Source: a virus
Virus record (IMG/VR): IMGVR_UViG_3300042988_000771
Span: 1-64,000 of that record
Length of the DNA: 64,000 nucleotides
Reading direction: 5' to 3' (one strand)
The first letter of the stretch is position 1. The number at the start of each line of letters is the position of its first letter. Below, in pieces: positions 9,901 to 17,371 of the stretch. The translations under genes and the position numbers were made by a program. The notes under the pieces were generated by a model. That model saw only the letters and a program-made list of their open reading frames with translations. It was not told the origin of the DNA and did no database searches.

Positions 9901-10977
9901 CTCCACGCCGCGGTAGCGGTACGCGCTCTTGCGTGCGGTGGGGCCGATGACCTTCTCCGCCTCGGGCGCGTACTTGCCCGCCCACTCTCCGACATGCAGG
10001 GCGAGCTGGGCCTTCGGGGGCAGGTACTTGCCGCCCATGTCCAGCGCGAGCTTGGAGGAGGCCTCCAGGCGCCGCCACAGGCGATTGGTGTTGGAGGTCT
10101 GGTCCCGGTTCTGCCGGTCCGTCCAGGAGTCGCGGAATGCCCCGCCGCCTGCGACTCCTGCCACCCCAGCGCCCGTGGCGAAGTCAGCGAAGCCGGGAGA
10201 CCCGGTCATCGCCGTCAGGGCGTCCAGGGACAGCGTGCGCGCGTCCCCATTCCTCTCGGAGAGAGCAATGACCCGCTCCACACGGCGGTCGTTGGCGTAG
10301 TCACTCTCGGTGACCAGGCCGCGATCGGTCTGTGGGCTGGCCTGGTCGGTGAGCACCTGCGCGGCGCGCTGGGCCTGCCCGACCGTGCCATCGGTGTAGG
10401 CCGCCTGGACATAGGTGTCCGCGAGGCTGTTCCCCAGCGTTCCCCGCAGGTCATCCAGTGCACGGACCACCTGTGCGTAGTCATGCTGATAGGCGGCCTT
10501 GCGATCGGGGCTGAGCGTGGTGGGGTGCGCGCGCAGGCCGGTGGTCGCTGCCGCCACGTCGTCCGTCATGGGCGTACGAGGGCTGTTGTGGATGATCTTG
10601 CGGTTCATCACGCGCCAGCGACCACGCGCGTCGCGCATCTGGTCCTTGACCTCCTGGGAGCGCTCCCACTCGGTGAGCTGGCTGGCCTTGGAGATGAGCT
10701 CGACGATCCCCCGCGCATCCTGGGCGGACTTGGAGACCGAGCGGCTCAGGCCACGGGTGACCTCCTCGATGCGCTTGGAGACGTAGGCGCGGGAGACCTG
10801 CTCGATGTAGCCGGAGTTGTGCTCCATGAGCTGGGTGGTGTTGTCGAACAGCGCCTTGGAGACGACGAAGGGAGCCTCCTGGGGATGCTCCATGACCCAC
10901 TCGTAGGCATCGACCGCAGCCGCGAGGTTGAACGGCTCGTCCTCACCGATGCCGAAGAACTCCTTGGAGTACGTCAC
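6931..10977 (-). CDS. Large multidomain head-associated protein with a degenerate JAB-like domain and a C-terminal CbbX/SpoVK/EccA-family AAA+ ATPase
   Basis: GNPGTGKT (Walker A), GGVIFIDEAY (Walker B), NPGLQSR and GNARDV are typical of CbbX-family AAA. The gene lies between portal and MuF. Confidence 0.8.
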   Translation of the reverse strand: MTYSKEFFGIGEDEPFNLAAAVDAYEWVMEHPQEAPFVVSKALFDNTTQLMEHNSGYIEQVSRAYVSKRIEEVTRGLSRSVSKSAQDARGIVELISKASQLTEWERSQEVKDQMRDARGRWRVMNRKIIHNSPRTPMTDDVAAATTGLRAHPTTLSPDRKAAYQHDYAQVVRALDDLRGTLGNSLADTYVQAAYTDGTVGQAQRAAQVLTDQASPQTDRGLVTESDYANDRRVERVIALSERNGDARTLSLDALTAMTGSPGFADFATGAGVAGVAGGGAFRDSWTDRQNRDQTSNTNRLWRRLEASSKLALDMGGKYLPPKAQLALHVGEWAGKYAPEAEKVIGPTARKSAYRYRGVEKKPWTGYQDEIDTLRQQKGSGRAAHDTLIHGYKDETGNSRRPEEGVREDRRPSRTIQHMRSLLPDPGLYELNRKSGTIPPSQGIIIDRKGEVVTEAMGYGDDWYLPFNLKNLSKLQGGEYIRTRAYGGLTTEDIYTGLVGGARSVTVVSHSGVFTMEFDDDFRGSRRYNDKAARMVGRYGQVLDAVKSEKVSLGSIPHDRRVELEMEAVKYGAKDSDRYRKALDDLIEKEPREPKLSEVATNKVKWDAINQHVIDNAKGNNVDEWAQRREIQIDRQGGDKAAFRARMANPDSAAEELAAIKDVERAVDKATRVYAESINPLRLNARGYATAMNALKEQFPYYIKDPVFTPWTDGLAADKTDRGYVKPRYIRPHSVATGYYDESITGRGKVHGDQINYQNWSSRKKSGDAPEPTADEFVDEEEQQTTVRVSSPSPDRTPAPVDPAQSRQSATLDLIRALRAQTVLSPMNTTGTQGAITDAFREADPVKAVLGGTEDEVRARLADPAGQREVEAALTFIKSKKMFDVDAGMWDRSPKVIPLPEDDMTLVNNLGVRDFAMSRIPSGETTAWYESVITPMLNKSVNPQVASLGITMDSTHAEVKAAVKDRAANLRGFLQAWDNYDKELISTQPSLSRKDIRREAEDLAAISTAFRLRQERADAEKAAADAEASRVIHTFSDEETKQALSGVVPKDDAPEEGAADEVDALKAAAAPYRNELASMVGMDEMVGQMDRLVARAAAAKRRERMGKPNADRPMSMIFAGNPGTGKTTVAEIMTKLYYDIGLTENTNFLKLSKKDLVGGTANDIAERTRNQLEMGKGGVIFIDEAYTLNSNEYGREVIDELVPFMSENPDTVFIFAGYPKEMQEFREETNPGLQSRLNTVIEFRDYTAPELVQIASHAMDKQGRTANAATKKRISNAVAQIHAHPKYNGNARDVVDTFLGKVADAHDERLLAHPQVTPEMEDEFTTSDVEYAVRAMGLKPPAVRRKKVA

Positions 10978-11822
10978 GACTTCTCCTTCTTCTTCGGGTA
11001 GCGCAGTTCCAGTCGGTGGACGCGCTTCTCGTCCCTCTGGTGCTGGCGGTAGTTGGCGACCGTCAGCGGTGCGCCCACAGCCACCACGGTGCCGCCCAGC
11101 AGCGCCGGATGGCTCACGATCCTGCCAGCCTTGCCGGGGAGATTCTTGCCTGCGCTCTGGGCCAGCGAGACCGGCTTGAGGACGCGGGTGTTGGTCAGCG
11201 CACCCGAGCCCGGAGCCTTCAACTGCCGCAGGTTGGGGTACTTCTCCGCCCAGCGGTTGTAGGTGCCGATGGCGGCGTGAGAGGCGCCTGCGGCCGTCGC
11301 CGTGCCCGCGAGGTCGGTGTTCAGGCCAGACTGGCGCTCCTTGAGCTTGGCCCGGCGCACGCGCTTGTCGTCCCCGATGGTGAAGGCCTTGGACACGCCC
11401 TTGGCACTGCGCATGGGCGGGTAGTACTCCTTGGTCTCCGGGTCGGTGTAGCCGTGCTTCTCGTAGTGGAGAAGTTCCTTCATCTCGCGATCCTGCGTCT
11501 TCTTGCGCTGGGCGCGAAGGTACGCAGGAGAGTCGTACTTGGACCGCTCGATGCCGCCTGTGGGTGCCTCGAAGCGCCCCGGCAGCGGCTGGCCGCCGCG
11601 ACCATGCAGGAGGCGCTTAATCCCCTTGTTGCGTGGGGCGAAGCCGTGGGTAGCTGGGCGCGTGTACTCCACGCCCTTGGCAGTGTTGCGCGACTGGACC
11701 TTGGCCGTCTTGGCCCACTCCTGCGCCTCACCCTGGTTGTAGGTGGAGTACTTGACCCGACCCTCAGGCACCAGTGGTCCGTCGGACTTGGACACGCGCT
11801 CTACACCGAAGGCGTCCTTCAC
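10974..11822 (-). CDS. AFGV-tagged basic protein
   Basis: Starts (M)KDAFGVERVSKS, has internal GVSKA and C-terminal hydrophobic segments, and overlaps the portal stop by GTGA. Confidence 0.8.
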   Translation of the reverse strand: MKDAFGVERVSKSDGPLVPEGRVKYSTYNQGEAQEWAKTAKVQSRNTAKGVEYTRPATHGFAPRNKGIKRLLHGRGGQPLPGRFEAPTGGIERSKYDSPAYLRAQRKKTQDREMKELLHYEKHGYTDPETKEYYPPMRSAKGVSKAFTIGDDKRVRRAKLKERQSGLNTDLAGTATAAGASHAAIGTYNRWAEKYPNLRQLKAPGSGALTNTRVLKPVSLAQSAGKNLPGKAGRIVSHPALLGGTVVAVGAPLTVANYRQHQRDEKRVHRLELRYPKKKEKS

Positions 11823-13723
11823 TTCTTCTCCTCCGGCTTCTTCTTGGCAGCGTCAGCCTTGGGCTTGAACTTCATCGCCTTGAGCTTCTCGCCGTGGACC
11901 TCCTGGCCCTGCTTGGACTGCAAGCGGGCCTGACGGACCTTCTCCGCGGCCAACTGCGCCTCGGTCTTGGTGCCGATCTTCTCCCGCTCAAGGGCCTGCC
12001 GGTTGACGGCGTCGGTGTGCTTGAGCGCCATCTCCTTGTCGCGGGTGTCCGGGGGCTGGGTCTTGAGGGCGGCCTGAGCCTTCATCTCCTCCAGCGTCAA
12101 CTGGTGCTTCTCCTCGGCATGGCGCTGGAGCTGCTTCTTGCCCTCCAGGTCCAGTTCGCCCGACTGCACGGTCTGGGCAGCCTGAGCCGCCTGCACCTCG
12201 GGGTTGGACTGCTCGGAGGCCTGCTGCTCGGCCAGCGTCATCTGCTGGGCCTGCTGCTCCATGCCCATCTTCTGCTGCTCCATCTGCATGGCGCCCTGCT
12301 CCGCCTGCTGGCTCAGCCCGATCATCTCCACGCGCTGCTGCGCGAGGCGCATGATGTTGGCCTGCCGTGCCTCGGTCTCCTTGACCGCCTCGGACGTCTC
12401 GTCCAGCTTGGGCAGGCGAGCGGCATCGCGCAGGAACTTCTCCAGCTCCGGGTCCGGGAACCACTGGATGCCCGCGCTCTGCAACTGGCCCATGAAGGAG
12501 GACAACTGGGTGATGTCGGGCGGGTCGATGTCCCCGGCGATCAACTGGGGCAGCTCGTCCAGCTTCCACCCGTTGACCTCGAACAGGCGGGGGATGGCGT
12601 AGCGGTTGAAGACGTCCGCGATGGAGTCCGCGATGGACTGGATGCCCGCGCGGAACAGCCCGGTCTTGTCGGTGTGCAGGGAGTAGGAGCCCACGGACTG
12701 ATGGCCCACCAGGATGAAGTCGGCCAGCACCGTGCCGAGGATGCGCTCCTCGTAGCGCCGGATGATGCCGTTGATGTCGAACTGCCGCGTTCCTCCGCCG
12801 CCCAGCAGCGAGAAGTCGAACATGTCCTGCTTGGTGTCGGGGTCGATCATCCGCGGGATGATCACGCCCTCCTGCTCGTTGCGGCGCACGGAGCGGACCA
12901 TCGTCTTGAAGGCCTGGACCATCTTCTCCTTGTCCGTGCCCTTGGGGGCGGACAGGTAGTCGGCCGGGACGCGGGCCATCGGCAGGCCAGCGAGGTCGCG
13001 CTCGGCGCCGATCCCCTCCAGTTCCTCCAGGCGCTTCTTCATGTACCAGGGGCGGTAGGCGTTCCTCAGGAAGGAGCGGCCCTCAGGGTTGCCCTTGGCC
13101 GTGCTCACGCGGAAGAGCAGGGACTTCTCGATGGGGATGACGACCTGCTTGTAGGCCGGGGGAGCCATCTGCACCATGGCGCGGATGCCGCCCGTGTCAT
13201 CGAACACCCAGCGGGTGAGGGTCTCCTGAGCGCGGATGGGGATCTTCCGCCATCCGATGCGCCCGTCCGTGAACTTGGAGCGCTTCTTGGGGTCCTTCTC
13301 CCACGGGGAGACCCGGCGCTTGTAGACGATCTCGTGCCAGGACCAGCCGAAGGGCAGCATGGACAGCACCTCGGAGATGACGTCGTCCCAGGTGGAGGAC
13401 ATGTCCTCCATGCACTGCTCCACGAACTCCGCGGCCTTCTTGGCCTCGGCATCGGACCCCGAGGGCTCCACGCGCCAGTCGATGCCGCGCAGGAGGCGAT
13501 CCACGGCGAACAGCAGCGCCCCCACGATGGGGTCGTTGTCGGACATCTCCTTGTAGACCTGGACGGCCTTGCGCCCCTTGAGCTGGGGCAGGAACTCCTC
13601 GTTGATGAAGCCCGAGGTGCGACGAAGGCCCGTCGCGCCCAACTCGATGGTGGGCGAGACGTTCTTGGGGATCTCCTGACCGGGGAAGAGATCAGTCCCG
13701 CCCTCGTACTGGGTCGCACTCAT
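11819..13723 (-). CDS. Portal protein (Mu gp29/DUF935-like) with Gln/Glu-rich coiled-coil tail
   Basis: YKEMSDNDPIVGALL, GWSWHEIVY, GNPEGRSFLR and ERDLAGLP motifs. Directly downstream of terL. Confidence 0.85.
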   Translation of the reverse strand: MSATQYEGGTDLFPGQEIPKNVSPTIELGATGLRRTSGFINEEFLPQLKGRKAVQVYKEMSDNDPIVGALLFAVDRLLRGIDWRVEPSGSDAEAKKAAEFVEQCMEDMSSTWDDVISEVLSMLPFGWSWHEIVYKRRVSPWEKDPKKRSKFTDGRIGWRKIPIRAQETLTRWVFDDTGGIRAMVQMAPPAYKQVVIPIEKSLLFRVSTAKGNPEGRSFLRNAYRPWYMKKRLEELEGIGAERDLAGLPMARVPADYLSAPKGTDKEKMVQAFKTMVRSVRRNEQEGVIIPRMIDPDTKQDMFDFSLLGGGGTRQFDINGIIRRYEERILGTVLADFILVGHQSVGSYSLHTDKTGLFRAGIQSIADSIADVFNRYAIPRLFEVNGWKLDELPQLIAGDIDPPDITQLSSFMGQLQSAGIQWFPDPELEKFLRDAARLPKLDETSEAVKETEARQANIMRLAQQRVEMIGLSQQAEQGAMQMEQQKMGMEQQAQQMTLAEQQASEQSNPEVQAAQAAQTVQSGELDLEGKKQLQRHAEEKHQLTLEEMKAQAALKTQPPDTRDKEMALKHTDAVNRQALEREKIGTKTEAQLAAEKVRQARLQSKQGQEVHGEKLKAMKFKPKADAAKKKPEEKK

Positions 13724-13729
13724 AGGTCA

Positions 13730-13748
13730 ATCCTCTCAGGCGCGTCAC
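13730..13748 (-). promoter_or_regulatory. Late promoter motif, portal gene
   Basis: GTGAC-GCGCCTGA-GAGGAT-N6-ATG. Confidence 0.55.
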
Positions 13749-15223
13749 ACCAGCAGGCTGAATCCGTTCGGGGTCTCATCCTTGACGTAGACCTCGATGG
13801 AGGCGGCAGGGGAGAACATCTTCTCCAACTGGCTCGGCTCATCATCGCGCTTGACCGTAACCGGCCCCGCGGCCCTTCCGCCGCGCCCCATGACCCGGAA
13901 GGCCAGGGCGAAGGAGCAGACCTCGTCGGGAAGGTGGAACTCCTGGCTGCGGGAGTACAGGTCGCCCACCTGCGCGTACTTGTGGGCGAGGTAGGCGCTC
14001 TTGACCCGCGGGGCCTTGAGGCGGCCCTTCTCCACGGCGTTGACGTACTCGGACAGCATGGCGTCCCGCTTCTCGCCCGTCATCAGGAACGAGCGAGCGC
14101 GGACATCAACGTAGTCATTGACCACGTTGCCAAGTCCAGTGCCATCGTGAATAGCATCCGCGCTATATCGCTGTATCGCATCGTTGAACCACCCGATCAT
14201 CTGTGGGTAGGGCCTGCGGTTCACCCGCATGTAGTAGACCAGTTCGAAGGGCTCGCGGTCGGCTCGCCACACGCTGATGACCGTGTAGTCCTGCTCCTTG
14301 CCCCAGTCGGCGCCTGCGACGTAGTGGCCGTCCCGCTCGTACTCCGCGAAGGTGTACTCCTCGAAGTCCTTGCTGACCTTCTCCTTCAGGGGCTCGGGAG
14401 CCTTGTCGAACATCCTGTCCACGGCCTCGGTGTTGAAGGCGCGGTTGCCGATGGCAGGCTCACCGAGCTCGTACTCGGTGCGCCACATCTCGGCCGGGAT
14501 CTCCAGCTTCTTGGCGTCGATGGTCTCCTGGGTGAGCCAGCCGTCGATGGGGTTGGCCGAGCACTGGTAGCACCACTGCACGATGGGCAGCCCGCGGTCC
14601 TCGAAGCGCTTCCTGACCTCAGTGAAGGTTCCCTCAGGGTTCTGCCAAGTAGAGCACATTACGGTGTAGGGCTGGATGACCTCGCCGAGGTAGTTCTTCT
14701 GTGGCATCGGCTGGCCGAGGGCCGCATCGAGGATGTCGATGTCCATCTCGTCGATCTCGTCGAGGATGAGGAACGGCGGGTGGGGGCCACGGACGGTCTT
14801 CTGGCTTGCCGTCAGCGGGCGGATCTTGGCCTTGTTCGTCAGCTTGATGAGCGTCTGGCTCTCGGTCTCGATCATGTACCGAGGGCTGTTCTCGTAGTTG
14901 AGGGCGTTCCTCATGTGCTCATGGAGGTTGGAGGACTGCGCGAGGGAGCCGCCCAGCAGGTTGGTGTCCGCGCCCAGCAGGAAGGTCTTGGTCAGCCCCA
15001 GGATGCCCAGCATGAAGGACTTGCCCGACAGGCCGCGGCTCCCATGCCACAGGCAGGTGCTCGGCCCCCTGTTGAAGTACGCGTCCGCGAAGGCCGTGAA
15101 GGGCGGGGTGTGGTCGGGGTTCCCGCAGGTGTGGCGCGGGATGACCACGCCCCACATCGTGTTGACGACGTGCCAGAGCTCGTCATCGGTCTCCGGCAGC
15201 CGCCCGAGGTAGAACTGCGGCAC
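13745..15223 (-). CDS. terL: Terminase large subunit
   Basis: SRGLSGKS (Walker A-like), LILDEID (Walker B), GADWG...DYT and PDEVCSFALA nuclease motifs. GTG start at 15221-15223 follows the upstream stop. Confidence 0.88.
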   Translation of the reverse strand: MPQFYLGRLPETDDELWHVVNTMWGVVIPRHTCGNPDHTPPFTAFADAYFNRGPSTCLWHGSRGLSGKSFMLGILGLTKTFLLGADTNLLGGSLAQSSNLHEHMRNALNYENSPRYMIETESQTLIKLTNKAKIRPLTASQKTVRGPHPPFLILDEIDEMDIDILDAALGQPMPQKNYLGEVIQPYTVMCSTWQNPEGTFTEVRKRFEDRGLPIVQWCYQCSANPIDGWLTQETIDAKKLEIPAEMWRTEYELGEPAIGNRAFNTEAVDRMFDKAPEPLKEKVSKDFEEYTFAEYERDGHYVAGADWGKEQDYTVISVWRADREPFELVYYMRVNRRPYPQMIGWFNDAIQRYSADAIHDGTGLGNVVNDYVDVRARSFLMTGEKRDAMLSEYVNAVEKGRLKAPRVKSAYLAHKYAQVGDLYSRSQEFHLPDEVCSFALAFRVMGRGGRAAGPVTVKRDDEPSQLEKMFSPAASIEVYVKDETPNGFSLLV

Positions 15224-15224
15224 C

Positions 15225-15905
15225 TCAGGCTCCGGGGTACTCGGCGACCGTGCCGTCCCCGGAAGCCTGGTAGTGGAAGTCGAAGGAGAGACCGAAGGCA
15301 CCCACGGTGAAGGTGTCGGCCGCGTTCGCGCCCTCGCGGAACAGGCGGCAGGAGAACACGCTGCTCACCCGCTTGCCCGTCCCATCCAGCGGGGCGAACT
15401 GCGCGATCTGGTGGGAGTAGGCCACTCCCGCCGCAGCGGCATTCACGTAGAGCGTGGTGCTCGCCGGGAAGGCCTCCGTGGCGTTGGCCCACGTGTACTC
15501 CAGCCCCCAGCGGACCACACCCGTGTTCGTGGAGTTGCCCGGCGACCAGTGCAGGTGCGGGCGGATCTCCGTGCCCTCGTCCCACGTGTGCGGGATCTGG
15601 GCGTCGAACATCACCGAGTTGGTGGCGTCCTGGATGAACCGGAAGCCCATCGTGGTGTTGCGGAAGTTGACCAGGGTCGGCGGGTCGGTGGACACCGCTG
15701 CCCGCACGATGGACACCCGCAGGTCGTCCCACAGCGGGTTGTCCCCACTGGCCGACCCCACGGGGGCACCATCAGCCGTGATCAGGCCCTGCTTGATCCG
15801 CAGCAGAGCCGATGACCCCAGCGACGCCGAAGGCACGACATCGCCGGGGCCATAGGTCACGCCGCCCACTGTGAGGGGGCGGACGGCGTAGTACGTAAGT
15901 GCCAC
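15225..15905 (-). CDS. Probable virion structural protein
   Basis: Short N-terminal YxxGDVV module and beta-rich body, in the late operon with coupled starts and stops. Confidence 0.5.
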   Translation of the reverse strand: MALTYYAVRPLTVGGVTYGPGDVVPSASLGSSALLRIKQGLITADGAPVGSASGDNPLWDDLRVSIVRAAVSTDPPTLVNFRNTTMGFRFIQDATNSVMFDAQIPHTWDEGTEIRPHLHWSPGNSTNTGVVRWGLEYTWANATEAFPASTTLYVNAAAAGVAYSHQIAQFAPLDGTGKRVSSVFSCRLFREGANAADTFTVGAFGLSFDFHYQASGDGTVAEYPGA

Positions 15906-16312
15906 TAGTGCTTCAACTCACCGAACGGGGTCCAGAACGAGTAGCCCAGGTAGCGCAGGCCCCAGCCAGGGAACGTGCGCGGGGCGTAGTCGATCTTGCC
16001 CTGCCGGACGTAGTCGTTGCTCAGGCACTTGTCGTGGGTCTTGATCCCCGCAGCAATGGCCACGTGTCCGTACTTTCCGCCCGCATAGTAGAGAAGCGCT
16101 CCGCGGGGAGCGGCCGTCACGGGCCGCCCGACGACCTTCTCGCGCCGGGGGATCTTGCCCCAGGCCGTGATGGCACTCGGGGCCCACGCCCTTACACCGT
16201 AAGCCTGCCTACAGTGGCTCTGGCAAAGTCCCTCCCACGACTGGGAGGGGTGCAGGATCTGGCCGCGGCTGAACAGGATGGCTTCGCGGACCGTGCGATC
16301 GAGGCTACTCAT
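15905..16312 (-). CDS. Endolysin-like CHAP/NlpC-P60 cysteine peptidase
   Basis: GLCQSHC...SAITAW...PRGALLYY...YGHVAI gives a Cys/His dyad. Next to the holin. Confidence 0.72.
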   Translation of the reverse strand: MSSLDRTVREAILFSRGQILHPSQSWEGLCQSHCRQAYGVRAWAPSAITAWGKIPRREKVVGRPVTAAPRGALLYYAGGKYGHVAIAAGIKTHDKCLSNDYVRQGKIDYAPRTFPGWGLRYLGYSFWTPFGELKH

Positions 16313-16416
16313 CGCCCTCCTCCTCATTGGGCTGGTCGATGAACTTGCCGCTGGGAGCGGAAGTCTTCAGGTCGCCGTCCTCGTCATCGAACGGCAGGGC
16401 AGGCTGGTCATTCTCA

Positions 16417-16722
16417 TCAGGCATTGGGCACATCCTTCTTGGGCGAGGTGGCTACCTCGATCTTCGGAGAGACCCCGTTCGGCTGCCAGAACCCCTTGTA
16501 CGTGGCGATGGTCGTGACCATGACGACGAGGATGGCCGTGGTGATGTCCACCCCGTTCAGCCTCCCCTCGAACCATGCCGTCCCGAAGCCTGCAATGGCT
16601 GAGGCAGCGAACATGACCAGCGAGCGCACCGGCTCGCTCCACGAAGGCTGCTGGACGACCGAGATGAGGATCGGCATGAAGAAGCCGACCACGAGTCCCC
16701 ACATGACGAGATTGGTATCCAC
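16417..16722 (-). CDS. Holin
   Basis: 101 aa with about three hydrophobic helices and a charged C-terminus (YKGFWQP motif), adjacent to the peptidase. Confidence 0.7.
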   Translation of the reverse strand: MDTNLVMWGLVVGFFMPILISVVQQPSWSEPVRSLVMFAASAIAGFGTAWFEGRLNGVDITTAILVVMVTTIATYKGFWQPNGVSPKIEVATSPKKDVPNA

Positions 16723-16745
16723 TTGGGCACCTCCCTTTCCCCTTT

Positions 16746-16764
16746 AGTCTTTCACTCGTGTCAC
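16746..16764 (-). promoter_or_regulatory. Late promoter motif, holin gene
   Basis: GTGAC-ACGAGTGA-AAGACT. Confidence 0.55.
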
Positions 16765-17015
16765 CTAGGCCGGTTGATGACGATCTGCTCGGGGATGTGC
16801 CCGCCTACCGCCCTGGCCCATGCCAGACCCTCCTCGGTGATGTTCCGGGAGTGGCAGGGGCGCAGCCCCGCCTCGTTGGCGAGGCTCCACATGAAACGCC
16901 CGACGCCCTTGCGCCTCCACTCAGGTTCCACCCACACCTTGTCGATCACGCCGTCCTCCCTGACGACGAGCCTGCCGATCTGCCTGCCCGAGACGCAGAC
17001 GGTGATCTCGTCCAT
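16761..17015 (-). CDS. Small GNAT acetyltransferase
   Basis: IDKVWVEPEWRRKGVG matches GNAT motif A (acetyl-CoA binding). Confidence 0.75.
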   Translation of the reverse strand: MDEITVCVSGRQIGRLVVREDGVIDKVWVEPEWRRKGVGRFMWSLANEAGLRPCHSRNITEEGLAWARAVGGHIPEQIVINRPR

Positions 17016-17371
17016 CAGTCGTAGGTGTTGCTGCCGAAGGAGTGGATGCGCGTGCTCGCCGTGCTGGAACTCGCCCTCTCCTCCCTCATGGTCCGGATGC
17101 GCGAGTGCCTCTCGTCAACCCCATAGCCATCATCCCTCTGCTTCATGCGCATGGGAATGACGTCCCCTAGATCCGCGACAACGTGCGGCAGGGAGAAGAC
17201 CGCATATTCTCCCCAGTCCTCGTACTCGAACAGCGTGGTCTTGTAGCCCACCGCGAGGACGCTCTCCGCATACACCGTGACGGTGTTCCCGGTCTGCTCG
17301 TTGAACCGCGTGAGCGACACCTGCGAGGCGGCCGTCTCGCCCGTGACGGTGTTGAGCCAGTAGACCTTCAC
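17015..17371 (-). CDS. Hypothetical protein, tail block
   Basis: GTG start overlaps the upstream stop. Codon usage is consistent with its neighbours. Confidence 0.55.
   Translation of the reverse strand: MKVYWLNTVTGETAASQVSLTRFNEQTGNTVTVYAESVLAVGYKTTLFEYEDWGEYAVFSLPHVVADLGDVIPMRMKQRDDGYGVDERHSRIRTMREERASSSTASTRIHSFGSNTYD

Noticed and set aside
2347-15310. Very long plus-strand ORFs (839, 716, 996 and 1178 aa)
   Set aside because: They are antisense shadows of high-GC3 minus-strand genes and contain no recognisable motifs.
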